A DNA stretch of 64,000 nucleotides, from positions 192,001 to 256,000 of the forward strand of contig CAWDML010000008.1 in NCBI GenBank assembly GCA_963803435.1, in the 5' to 3' direction. Numbering within the stretch: the stretch's first letter is position 1; every line of letters starts with the position of its first letter. The notes under the pieces are model-generated. The model saw only the letters and a program-made list of their open reading frames with translations. It did no database searches and had not been told where the DNA came from. The position numbers and the translations under genes were made by a program. The DNA comes from an uncultured delta proteobacterium. GTDB lineage: Bacteria > Myxococcota > Kuafuiibacteriia > Kuafuiibacteriales > Kuafuiibacteriaceae. Below, one piece after another: positions 54,362 to 63,619 of the stretch.

Positions 54362-54948
54362 TCGATCCGATCTCCGCCGACGTGTCGGGGCGTCCGATCA
54401 TCGACGCCGCGCTCTCTCGACTCGCCCAGGACCTGGCGCTCGCCAGCCCGGACCTGGCCCACATCGACGCCTCGCGCATCCTGTTCGTCGCCGGGGCCGG
54501 CCGTCTCTTCACCCGCGCGTCCATCCGACCGCTCGAGCCGGCCGCGCTCGGCGCTTCCACGAAGCCCTCCGTCGTGATCGAGGGCGTCTCGATGCTCTAC
54601 GAGATCTGCCTGCGGCCTCGCTTCTTCCTGCAGACGGGCCCGGAGCAGCGCCTCATGACGATCGCCCACGAGCTGTGGCATGCCTCGCCGTTGTTCGACG
54701 GGACCCTCGCGGAGGATCGGCGCCACCACAATGCGGGCCCGGAGCGGATCGAGTCGGAAGTGACCGAGATTGTCGATCGGTTCCTCGACAGCGGATCGGA
54801 TGCCGCCGGTTTCCTCTCGATTGTTGGCGAGCTGCGCATGCGCGCATGGCTGGCCCGGCCGCCGAGCCGGATCCCGGCCGGATCTTCCCTCCGTCGCAGG
54901 TACGACGAACGCGACCTGTATCTTGCGATCATCCAGAGCCGCGACTAA
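54358..54948 (+). CDS. Putative Zn-metallopeptidase (HExxH)
   Basis: HIDASRILF, TIAHELWH; ATGA overlap with the Hsp70 gene. Confidence 0.7.
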   Translation: MIDPISADVSGRPIIDAALSRLAQDLALASPDLAHIDASRILFVAGAGRLFTRASIRPLEPAALGASTKPSVVIEGVSMLYEICLRPRFFLQTGPEQRLMTIAHELWHASPLFDGTLAEDRRHHNAGPERIESEVTEIVDRFLDSGSDAAGFLSIVGELRMRAWLARPPSRIPAGSSLRRRYDERDLYLAIIQSRD

Positions 54949-54958
54949 ATGACTCGAC

Positions 54959-55477
54959 ATGGCCGAGGACCGGAGAACCATCCTCAAGGTCCTCACCGGG
55001 GTCATTGGGACCGGTGCGGCCGCGGCGGTCGCCGCCCCTGCGATCCGCGTGCTGATCGCGCCCGTCAACCGCACCACGGTGTCCGGCGCCGGACAGTTCG
55101 TCCCGGTCGCTCCGCTCGAGGCCGTGCCGAAGGACGGCACGCCGCTCAATGTACCGGTGGTGATCGACGCCCCGCGCGACGCCTGGACCGAGCTCCCTCC
55201 CACGAAGGTGGGCACCGTCTTCCTCCGCTTCGACGGTGACCGTCTTCGCGCGCTCTCCTCGATCTGTCCGCACCTCGGATGCGGGATCGACTTCGCGCAA
55301 GGAATCAATCGCTTTGCGTGTCCCTGCCACGAGAGCTTCTTCGAAACCGACGGGAACGTCGCCTCCGGACCGGCACCGCGAGCGATGGACGAGCTCGAGA
55401 CCCGGGTGGTCGACGGGCGCATCGAGGTGAAGTTCGTGAAGTTCAAGATCGGGACGTCCGAGAAGGTTCCCGTCTGA
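54959..55477 (+). CDS. Rieske Fe-S subunit of cytochrome bc complex
   Basis: Tat-like DRRTILK, CPHLGC..CPCH, GPAPRAMD. Confidence 0.93.
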   Translation: MAEDRRTILKVLTGVIGTGAAAAVAAPAIRVLIAPVNRTTVSGAGQFVPVAPLEAVPKDGTPLNVPVVIDAPRDAWTELPPTKVGTVFLRFDGDRLRALSSICPHLGCGIDFAQGINRFACPCHESFFETDGNVASGPAPRAMDELETRVVDGRIEVKFVKFKIGTSEKVPV

Positions 55478-57276
55478 TGCTCCGTCGTTTCCTGGACGCG
55501 CTCGACGAGCGTATCGGACACCGCCGCCTGCTCCACGAGGCCCTCGACGAGCCGGTCCCCGGGGGCGCCTCGTGGGCGTACGTCTTCGGGAGCGCGTCGC
55601 TGCTCTTGTTCCTGGTGCAGCTCGGCACCGGACTGGTGCTGGCCACGTACTACAGCCCGTCATCCACGGATGCCTGGGCGTCGGTCGCGTATCTGGAGCG
55701 CGAGATCACGATGGGCGCGGTGGTCCGCGGTCTTCACCATCACTCCGCGGGCGGCATGGTGGTGCTGGTCGTGCTGCACATGCTCCAGGTGGTCTGGTAC
55801 GGCGCATACAAGGCGCCGCGCGAGGCCAACTGGCTGGCCGGCCTCGCGTTGTTCGGGTTGGTGCTGGCCTTCGCGCTGACCGGCTATCTGCTCCCTTGGG
55901 ATCAGACCGGCTACTGGGCGACGAAGGTCGCCACCAGCATCGCGGGTACGGTTCCGCTGGTCGGTCCCGCGCTCCAGCAGATCGCCCAGGGGGGCAACGA
56001 CTACGGCAACCTCACGCTGACGCGGTTCTACGCGCTGCACGTGACGGTGCTGCCGCTCCTGACGATCGGTCTGATCGGCGCGCACGTGGCCCTGTTCCGG
56101 AAGCACGGCGTCACGCCGAGCGCGGCCCGCTCGGACGCCGAGCTCACCCGGCGCTCGGACACGTTCTGGCCCAAGCAGGTGATGTACGACGCGATCTTCT
56201 TCGCGCTGGCGCTCTCGGTGATGTTCTGGCTGGCCGTGAAGGACGGCGCGCCGCTCCAGGCGCCGGCGGATCCGGCCTCGAACTTCATCGCGCGGCCGGA
56301 GTGGTACTTCCTGTTCCTCTTCCAGCTTCTCAAGTACTTCGAGGGGCCCCTCCAGGTGGTCGGCACGGTGGTGCTCCCCGGCGCAGTGACGGCCTTCCTG
56401 GCCGCGCTTCCGTTTCTGGATCGCAAACGCTCGCGCCGCGTGAAGGAGCGGGTGCCGTTCGTCGCCGCGGTCGGTGCGGGGATCGCAGGCGCGGCGCTGC
56501 TGGCGATGCTCGCGATGGCCCACGATCGGCAGGATCCGACGATCGCGATCCAGAAGAAGCGATCGCGCCGCGAGGCGGAGCGGGCGCGCGTGCTGGCGGC
56601 GAACGGCGTCCCTGCCGCCGGTGCCGCCTACATGATGGCACAGGATCCTCTCACTCTCGGCGAGCGTGTGTTCGTGCGGGAGTGCATGTCGTGCCACACG
56701 CTCGAGGGCGTCGGGCCGAAGAAGCGGAAGGCGCCGGACCTCACCGGCTACTTGAGTCGCGCGTGGATCCGTCAGGTTTTGATCGATCCCGACAGCAAGC
56801 GTCTCTTCGGCGTGACCAAGGTCGAAGGTATGAAGCCCTGCGCGGGGCGCGCCCCCGATGAGCTGGAGAAGCTGGTCGCGGCCGTCTACGCACAGCGGGA
56901 TCCGAACGCGCCGCCCCTCGAGCGCGCGGCCGCCGACCTCATGGACGATCTCGAATGCGGGGACTGTCACGACTTCGAGGACTGGTCAGGGTTCGAAGGA
57001 CCCTCGCTCTTCAAGTATGGGACGGCGGAATGGATCGCCCAGGTGATCGACGATGCCGGGAGCGACGTCTTCTACGGCGAAGACAACAAAATGCCGGCGT
57101 TCTCGACCCGCCTGCCCAAGCAGGAGCGCGAGGCGCTGGTGGTCTTCCTCCTCAGCCTGGAGGGACGCGCCGAGCCGACCGCCTGGCCGTACGTCGACGA
57201 TCCTGGGCCGATCCCCACACCCCGAGCGAAGACCAGCACCCGCGCCGCCAAGCCGCGCGATCCGCCCTCCCGTTGA
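55477..57276 (+). CDS. Cytochrome b (b6 + subunit IV) fused to a diheme cytochrome c
   Basis: RGLHH, VLHM, GYLLPWDQTGYW, RFYALH, RPEWYF, CMSCH, CGDCH. Confidence 0.92.
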   Translation: MLRRFLDALDERIGHRRLLHEALDEPVPGGASWAYVFGSASLLLFLVQLGTGLVLATYYSPSSTDAWASVAYLEREITMGAVVRGLHHHSAGGMVVLVVLHMLQVVWYGAYKAPREANWLAGLALFGLVLAFALTGYLLPWDQTGYWATKVATSIAGTVPLVGPALQQIAQGGNDYGNLTLTRFYALHVTVLPLLTIGLIGAHVALFRKHGVTPSAARSDAELTRRSDTFWPKQVMYDAIFFALALSVMFWLAVKDGAPLQAPADPASNFIARPEWYFLFLFQLLKYFEGPLQVVGTVVLPGAVTAFLAALPFLDRKRSRRVKERVPFVAAVGAGIAGAALLAMLAMAHDRQDPTIAIQKKRSRREAERARVLAANGVPAAGAAYMMAQDPLTLGERVFVRECMSCHTLEGVGPKKRKAPDLTGYLSRAWIRQVLIDPDSKRLFGVTKVEGMKPCAGRAPDELEKLVAAVYAQRDPNAPPLERAAADLMDDLECGDCHDFEDWSGFEGPSLFKYGTAEWIAQVIDDAGSDVFYGEDNKMPAFSTRLPKQEREALVVFLLSLEGRAEPTAWPYVDDPGPIPTPRAKTSTRAAKPRDPPSR

Positions 57277-57370
57277 TTTTCGACCACGAGCGTCAGGGTC
57301 GGCGACGCCACTGTCAGGATTTCGTGGGTGCAAACGGTCGAAAAACGCGAACCTTCCGGCCCCCACGCGC

Positions 57371-57386
57371 TGGCACGCCGACTGCA
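57371..57386 (+). promoter_or_regulatory. sigma54 (-24/-12) promoter
   Basis: TGGCACGCCGACTGCA (GG-N10-GC), intergenic, upstream of the HD-GYP gene. Confidence 0.7.
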
Positions 57387-57495
57387 CTTCGGAAACCTCA
57401 TGTTCGACGCGTGGCCCTGCTAGGAAGCGTATCACCGTGATTTTCCTGACGGTCTCGCTGGATTCGAAGGTCGATCCTTCGCTAAGTTCGACAAG

Positions 57496-58665
57496 GTGCC
57501 GCTCCTGGAAGCGATCAAGACATCGCCGGAGCGCGGTGTTCCTCGACGCGACACACCGGGGGTCGATCGGCGCCTCCTGATCGTCGACGACGACGAGAAC
57601 GTCCGAAAGATCGTCGCTGCGCTTTTGACCGACGAGGGGTTCGAGACCGTGACGGCCTCCGGCGCCGAAGAGGCGCTCACGATCCTCGAGCACACCGCAT
57701 TCGCGCTGGTCATCTCCGACATCAAGATGCCCGAGCGCGACGGCTTGTGGCTCCTGGCCGCGCTCAAGCGGCACCACCCCGAGACCGCCATGATCATGAT
57801 GACCGGCTACGGCCAGGTCGACACCGCGGTGCAGGCTCTCAAGTTCGGCGCGTCGGATTACCTGACCAAACCGGTGCGCGTGAACCAGCTCTCCGCCAGC
57901 GTGATGCGTGCGCTCGATCGCCGGCGGCTGGAGATCGAGAACAAGGCCTATCAGGAGGGTCTCGAAGGCGCGGTGCGGGAGAAGACGCGCGAGCTCGAAC
58001 GCGCCTATCAGGAGATCAACTCCACCTACACGCTCACGCTCGAGGCGCTGGTGACGGCGCTCGATGCGCGCGAGTGCGAGACCGGCAACCACAGCCAGCG
58101 CGTCGTTCGGACCACGCTCGCCATCGCGGACCGCATGGGCATCGACGGCGACGAGCGGGAGCACATCGCCCGCGGTGCGCTGCTGCACGACATCGGCAAG
58201 ATCGGCGTCCCCGACCACGTCCTCTTGAAGCCCGGTCGCCTGACCGAGGACGAGTGGATCGACATGCGCAAGCATCCCGAGATCGGGGCCCGCATCCTCA
58301 GCGGCATCAACTTCCTCGAGCCGGCGGCGGAGATCGTGCTCGCCCATCAGGAGCGGTGGGACGGCGAAGGCTATCCGCGCGGGCTCCGTGGCGAGGAGAT
58401 CCCGATCGGCGCCCGCATCTTCGCGGTCGCGGACGCGCTCGACGCCATCACCAGCGACCGCCCCTACCGCCGGGGCCGCTCGCTCCAGTACGCGCGCGAG
58501 GAGATCTCGAAGTACGCCGGGACCCAGTTCGACCCGGCCGTGGTCGAGCACTTCCTCGCGATCGGAGCCGAGGAGTGGGAGGAGATCCGGAGCGGCAAGC
58601 CGCCGTACCGAGCCCGACCCCACTCCGGGATGAACCGCCCCGCCGGCCTCGACGACATCGACTAG
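57496..58665 (+). CDS. Response regulator / HD-GYP c-di-GMP phosphodiesterase (RpfG-like)
   Basis: LIVDDD, SDIKMP, LTKP; HSQRV, LHDIGKIG, HQERWDGEGYP. Confidence 0.94.
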   Translation: MPLLEAIKTSPERGVPRRDTPGVDRRLLIVDDDENVRKIVAALLTDEGFETVTASGAEEALTILEHTAFALVISDIKMPERDGLWLLAALKRHHPETAMIMMTGYGQVDTAVQALKFGASDYLTKPVRVNQLSASVMRALDRRRLEIENKAYQEGLEGAVREKTRELERAYQEINSTYTLTLEALVTALDARECETGNHSQRVVRTTLAIADRMGIDGDEREHIARGALLHDIGKIGVPDHVLLKPGRLTEDEWIDMRKHPEIGARILSGINFLEPAAEIVLAHQERWDGEGYPRGLRGEEIPIGARIFAVADALDAITSDRPYRRGRSLQYAREEISKYAGTQFDPAVVEHFLAIGAEEWEEIRSGKPPYRARPHSGMNRPAGLDDID

Positions 58666-58677
58666 GAGCGTGTAGCG

Positions 58678-59939
58678 GAGCGTCCACTCGGCTCGTGCCT
58701 TGAAGAAGGAGCGTAGCGAGAACCGGCGGAATCCTCGTGCCCCTTTGATCTGTCCGAGCGCCGGTTCGACGATACTCTTCCTGCGGGCGTAGACCGGCTT
58801 GCCGTCGCGCGTTTGCAACTTGTCTCGCATTCGCTTGCGAGCGAGCGAGGCAGGTGTGGGCTCCGAAGCTGATGAGGACGGAGTCGACGCGTCTTGGTTC
58901 TGTTCGCGTCCAACAGCGATGTGGGCATCGATCTGATTGTTGTCGCAGAATTCGATGTTGGTCGCGCTCAGATAGCCGTTGTCTGCCGTCATCTTCCGCG
59001 GAGCATCGCCGCAGTTGCCGAACACATCACGGAGCATCGGGACGAGGTGTTGCTGATCAGGTGCCTGGTTGCTGACCCCTTCGGCGACAATCACCTGAGC
59101 GTGCTCATCTACGACAACTTGGGCATTGTAGGCCTGGAGGTACGCTCCCTCCTTCAACATGATCCTGCTGTCTGAGTCGGTGAAGTTCCTCTGAGCGTGG
59201 GGCCTCGGTGTGCCGTCCACATTTGCAGGAACGCGATGATGCGGCCATCCATCACTTCGTTCAGTTGGGTCTGGGGATGGTTCGAGCTGGTCAGCCTGCG
59301 CTCTTGCCTTCTCGGCTCGAGTTCTCGCTCGCTTCTGCTCCACCCGATCCACAAGAGCATCATCCGCTTTGCTCTGCTGCTCTTCGGCTTGCCTGCGCAA
59401 TTTCTCCGCGCGAGCCCTGGCGGCATCCTGTTCCAGCGCAGCCTTCGCTTCTCGAATGCGGGCAAGGCGGGATTCACGGCGAGCGAGCTCCGCTGGGATG
59501 TCCTCTTCAGTCTCTTCAACGCCCAGCCGCTCGTCTTCCTCTTGGTCGATCGTGCGCGCTCGCTCCAGCAGTTCTTCGATCTCGAGAGACAGCCGCTTCT
59601 CCTCCTCGGCCATCCGCTCGTAGGTCATCGCCTTGTGCTTGCTCGCGTTCGCCTGCACCTTCGAGCCATCGAGTGCGACGTGTCCGAGCCGCACCAAACC
59701 TGCTTTTTGGTAAAGCCTCAGGACTTCGAGGAAGAGCGCTTTCAGTGCCTCCAGGTGGACCAGCCGAAACTCGTTGATCGTCGTGAAGTGGGGATGACTT
59801 TCTCCAGCCAGCACCCGGAATGGAATGTCTTCGTAGGTCGCCCGCGCGATCCTCCGCGACGAATAGATGCCGGTGCAGTAGGCGTACAGAAGCAGCGCGA
59901 TCATCATTCGAGGCGAGTACGGTCGCTCGCCTCGCGGGG
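58678..59939 (-). pseudogene. IS1182-family transposase lacking both termini
   Basis: YSPRMMIALLLYAYCTGIYSSRRIA (DUF772-like), ALDGSKVQANASKHK, NFTDSDSRIM, TADNGY, YARRKSIVEP..QIK. Confidence 0.92.
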
Positions 59940-60119
59940 GCTCGCTTCTACCGGATGGCACTTCGCTCTGGCACCGAAAGCGCCGCCTCACTCCACACCT
60001 GCTTGAGGCGCCGACTCGCCAACGAGCAGAAGGTCCAAGCCGCCAGACCCAAGCTCAAGCGCGTTATCGAGATGCTCACGCGCCTCATCAAGTCGATGAA
60101 CGCACGCCGGGCTGCATGA
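59940..60119 (+). pseudogene. Four-helix-bundle protein C-terminal half
   Basis: ARFYRMALRSGTESAASL..LKRVIEMLTRLIKS. Confidence 0.85.
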
Positions 60120-60218
60120 TCGCCATCGGGACCGGGACCCGGACCGGGACCCGGACCGGGCTCGCGGTAGCGCTACGCGCTACACGCTCCTAGGAGCCTG
60201 GTCGCTCGCGACGGCCCC

Positions 60219-60620
60219 TCATCCCTTGTTCTTCTCGTCCCAGCGCTTGGGTTCCCACAGCTCGACCTTGTTGCCGTCCGGGTCGACGATCCAAGCGAAC
60301 CTCCCGTTTTCGTGGGACTCGGGCCCTTGATGGATCTCGACGCCGCCGCGCCGGAGCTGTTCGAGTATTCCGTCGAGGTCGTCCACTCGGTAGTTGATCA
60401 TGAACGTCGAAGTGCTGGGGCTGAACCACTGGCTGTCAGGCTCCGCGAGGTGCCAAACCGTCAGCCCCTTGTCTTCGGCGTGATCATCGGGCCACCTGAG
60501 CACAGCGCCGCCGAACTCCTCGAAGTGCATCCCCAGGTGTTGCTGATACCAGGCGGCGAGCGCCTTTCTGTCGGTGCGCGCCTTGAAGAATACTCCGCCG
60601 ATTCCAGTGATTCGCGCCAT
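60219..60620 (-). CDS. VOC/glyoxalase family protein
   Basis: ITGIGGVFFK, MINYRVDDL, DPDGNKVELWEP. Confidence 0.92.
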   Translation of the reverse strand: MARITGIGGVFFKARTDRKALAAWYQQHLGMHFEEFGGAVLRWPDDHAEDKGLTVWHLAEPDSQWFSPSTSTFMINYRVDDLDGILEQLRRGGVEIHQGPESHENGRFAWIVDPDGNKVELWEPKRWDEKNKG

Positions 60621-60677
60621 GCGGCGTGCTGTAGCCCACCTACGGAGGAGCGGCAAGCCGCCGTACCGATCCAGCCG

Positions 60678-62258
60678 TCAGCGTGCGAGCGCGCGGATGC
60701 GGTCGGCGATGCGGAACGCGTTCGCCATGATCGTGAGCGTGGAGGGCACTGCGCCGCTCGAGGGAAGCGAGCCGCCGTCGGTGACGAAGACGTTGTCGAC
60801 GCCGTGCAGATGCCCGTCGGGAGTGGTGACGCTGGTGCCCGCATCGGTCCCCATGCGGCAGGTGCCGTGCTGGAGGACGAAGGTCTCGCCGCCGACTGAC
60901 AGCGTCTGCACGTCGCGGGCGCCGAGCGCGGTCAGGAGCGCGGAGGCTCGCTCGACGAGGTACTGACTCCGCGTGACGTCCGAGGGATCGCGGGCGATCG
61001 TGATCCGGGCGCAGGGCAGGCCCCATCGATCCGTGACGTGGTCGTCGAGGTCGACGTAGCAGCCCGGGGTGGGCCGCCATTCGCCGAAGCACTCGACCTC
61101 CAGGCTGCGCCCCTCGACGAAGTGGGCGTGCAGTCGATCCATCAGCGGCCGGCCGTAGACGAGGCTGCCGCCGTCGCGGATGAGCTGCTCGGCCGCGTGG
61201 ATCGGATTGAGGTGCTCCCACAAGAGGTGGAAGGTGCCACCGTCGCGGTAGAAGTCCTGGACGGCGCGGCCGACGAACGGCATGGAGCTCCGCAAGGTCT
61301 CCCTCCGATCGGGATCGAGATCGGCGTACTCGAGTCGCGCGAGCAGCTGCCCGAGGGTGGAGAAGCAGAGGTTCCTGCCGACCTGGCCCGAGGCGTTGCC
61401 GAGGCCGTCGGGGTGGGCGCCCGACCTCGAGAGGAGGAGCAGGCGGGCGCTCTCGACGGCGCTGCAGGCGATGACCACGGTACGGGCGCGGACCTCGCGG
61501 TCGCCGCCGGTCTCGTCGAGGTAGCGGACACCGCGGGCGCGCCCGTTCTTCATCATGACGATCTCGCGGACCATGGTACCGGGGCGGATCTGGCAGCGCC
61601 CGGTCCGCTCAGCCGCGGGGATCAGCGACGCCAGGGTCGAGCTCTTGGCGTCGACCTCGCAGCCGTACGAGCCGCACAGCGGGCAGTACACGCAGGGCGA
61701 GCGGCCGTCCTTCGCCGCGGTCAGGATCGCACGCGGCATCGGGAACGGATGCATGCCGATCTTGGCGCCGGCCTCGTCGATCCAGCCGGCAATCGGATGC
61801 GTGAGGACCGGCGGGTAGGGATAGGGGCCGCTGCGCGGCGGTGCGAACGGGTTCGCCGACTCGTCGCCGCTGACGCCGAGCTCGCGCTCGACCTCATCAT
61901 AGTAGGGGGCGAGGACCTCGTATCCGAAGGGCCAGCGCTCGAAGTCCTCTGGATGGAACCGCAAGAAGAAGCCGCTCATGTGGACGGTCCCGCCGCCGAC
62001 GCAGCGCGAGATCCATCCCGCGTTCGTCCGGGTCACCGCCTCGGTCTCCGAGCGACGGAGCGTGTGCGGGTCGTCGTCGGGGAAGGGCGTGAAGAAGTCG
62101 CGACGACACATCGCAATCTCATCGTGGAGGAAGTCGCGCGTGGTGTAGCGCGGGCCCTTCTCCAGGACCATCACGCTCATGCCGGCCCGCGCCAGCGAGA
62201 GGGCGACCGGTGCTCCGCCCGCGCCCGATCCGACGATCACGACATCGACCTCGTCCAC
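60678..62258 (-). CDS. GMC-family flavoprotein dehydrogenase
   Basis: VGSGAGG, VGGGTVH, CVYCPLC..GC, QHGTCRMG, TLTIMANA. Confidence 0.92.
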   Translation of the reverse strand: MDEVDVVIVGSGAGGAPVALSLARAGMSVMVLEKGPRYTTRDFLHDEIAMCRRDFFTPFPDDDPHTLRRSETEAVTRTNAGWISRCVGGGTVHMSGFFLRFHPEDFERWPFGYEVLAPYYDEVERELGVSGDESANPFAPPRSGPYPYPPVLTHPIAGWIDEAGAKIGMHPFPMPRAILTAAKDGRSPCVYCPLCGSYGCEVDAKSSTLASLIPAAERTGRCQIRPGTMVREIVMMKNGRARGVRYLDETGGDREVRARTVVIACSAVESARLLLLSRSGAHPDGLGNASGQVGRNLCFSTLGQLLARLEYADLDPDRRETLRSSMPFVGRAVQDFYRDGGTFHLLWEHLNPIHAAEQLIRDGGSLVYGRPLMDRLHAHFVEGRSLEVECFGEWRPTPGCYVDLDDHVTDRWGLPCARITIARDPSDVTRSQYLVERASALLTALGARDVQTLSVGGETFVLQHGTCRMGTDAGTSVTTPDGHLHGVDNVFVTDGGSLPSSGAVPSTLTIMANAFRIADRIRALAR

Positions 62259-62867
62259 TCAACCTCCGTGCGCGTGCGGCGACCGCTCGCGCGGCATTGC
62301 GATGGAGAGTGCGTCCCAGGCTGAGCCGTTCCGGTTGCCGCCGTGATCGGGATGTCCGAGGTAGCCTTCGAGCGACAGCCTGAGCGTCGCCTCGAGCGCG
62401 CGCGCCGGGCTGAACGTGGGCCGCTCGCCGCTCCCGCTCGCCGCCTCCTCGATCACCTCGGCCTCCCGCGCAGGATCCGAGAGCGTCGCCAGGGTGGCGC
62501 CGAACTTCTTCCTGGCGATCAGGTCGAGGTGCCGGGTCAGCTTGAGCACCTCGTCGCGGACGGCGCGCATGCCCGGCTCGCGCGCGGCGGCGACCAGGTA
62601 GTCGAGCACGCCGGCGTCGCTCGCGCTGGGCAGGCTCCGGGCAGGATCTCCGGGGAGCAGGTGGTCGGTGAGCACCGCCAGTACCCCCAGGGCCCCCGGA
62701 TCGAACGGCTCAAACGGGAGCGCTCCCGCCTTCGCGCGCGCGGGTTCGAGGCGTGGGTCGGGCGACGGATCGACGTCGTACCCGAGCCTTCTCAGCCACG
62801 CGTATGTCCCCGCGCCCACGACGCTCGCGCCGCCGACGATGATGAAGGTGCGCCGTCCGACCGACAT
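62259..62867 (-). CDS. Gluconate 2-dehydrogenase subunit 3-like Tat protein
   Basis: GRRTFI, PSASDAGVLDY, EGYLGHPDHGGNRN. Confidence 0.85.
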   Translation of the reverse strand: MSVGRRTFIIVGGASVVGAGTYAWLRRLGYDVDPSPDPRLEPARAKAGALPFEPFDPGALGVLAVLTDHLLPGDPARSLPSASDAGVLDYLVAAAREPGMRAVRDEVLKLTRHLDLIARKKFGATLATLSDPAREAEVIEEAASGSGERPTFSPARALEATLRLSLEGYLGHPDHGGNRNGSAWDALSIAMPRERSPHAHGG

Positions 62868-62965
62868 CGAACCCAACTTGGCCACGTCTGGCGTCGAGGT
62901 TCAATGTAGTGAGAGTGCGCGTTTTGACGCTTTCCAAGGCCGATGCTAGCGTCCTTCGAAGCGCA

Positions 62966-63610
62966 ATGTGGGAGATATTCAGGACCTTAGCCGCCGGCGG
63001 CATGATGATGTACGTGAACCTGGGCGTATCGATCGCTGCGGTGACGATCGTGCTCATGCGTGTCTATGCGCTCTGGATCAAGCATCGTCTGGCGCCGCAC
63101 GCCTTCGCGGACTCCGTGGTGGCGGCGGTCGATCAAGGCAACTACGCGAACGCGATCCAGACCTGCAGCATGCGGGGTGATCATCCGCTCGCTTCGATCA
63201 CGAAGGACGTCCTCATGAAGGCGGACAAGTCCGACAAGGAGATCGAGCGCGCGTTCGAGACCGCGAGCGCCCGCGAGATTCCGAAGTTCAAGCGCTTCAC
63301 GTCTTTCCTCCCCCAGGCCGGCAACCTCGCCACCCTGATCGGTCTGCTCGGCACCATCCACGGCCTGATCCAGGCCTTCGGCGGTGCGCAGGCGGAGGAC
63401 GCTGCGCAGCGCCAGGCGGTGCTCGCGAAGGGCATCACCGTCGCCTTCTACAACACGTTCTTCGGCCTCGCGATCGCCGTATTCTGCGCGATCATGTTCA
63501 TCATCCTGAACGGCCGCCAGACGCTGCTCCTCGAGAGCTTCGAGAACGCGGTCAACCGCGTACGCGAGCGGATCATGGACCGCAACAAGGCGCTCCGCGC
63601 CCGGGCCTAG
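62966..63610 (+). CDS. MotA/TolQ/ExbB proton channel (AglR-like)
   Basis: NLATLIGLLGTIHGLIQAF, LAKGITVAFYNTFFGL. Confidence 0.92.
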   Translation: MWEIFRTLAAGGMMMYVNLGVSIAAVTIVLMRVYALWIKHRLAPHAFADSVVAAVDQGNYANAIQTCSMRGDHPLASITKDVLMKADKSDKEIERAFETASAREIPKFKRFTSFLPQAGNLATLIGLLGTIHGLIQAFGGAQAEDAAQRQAVLAKGITVAFYNTFFGLAIAVFCAIMFIILNGRQTLLLESFENAVNRVRERIMDRNKALRARA

Positions 63611-63619
63611 AGGCGACGC

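Larger units (their letters stand above)
58662..60193. mobile_element. Internally deleted IS1182-family element (copy 2) with four-helix-bundle passenger
   Basis: Left end CTAGGAGCGTGTAGCG (truncated); right end ..(GGGACC)n..TACGCGCTACACGCTCCTAG; near-identical to 19544-20604 where shared. Confidence 0.9.

Noticed and set aside
56986-59991. 1001-aa ORF that looks like a transposase fusion
   Set aside because: The transposase lost its stop by deletion and reads through the IS end into the antisense strand of the HD-GYP gene; its N-terminus is antisense to the four-helix fragment
60190-60218. CTAGGAGCCTG as the start of a further IS end
   Set aside because: Similarity is only ~9 nt, and the stretch is better explained as a hairpin downstream of the VOC gene
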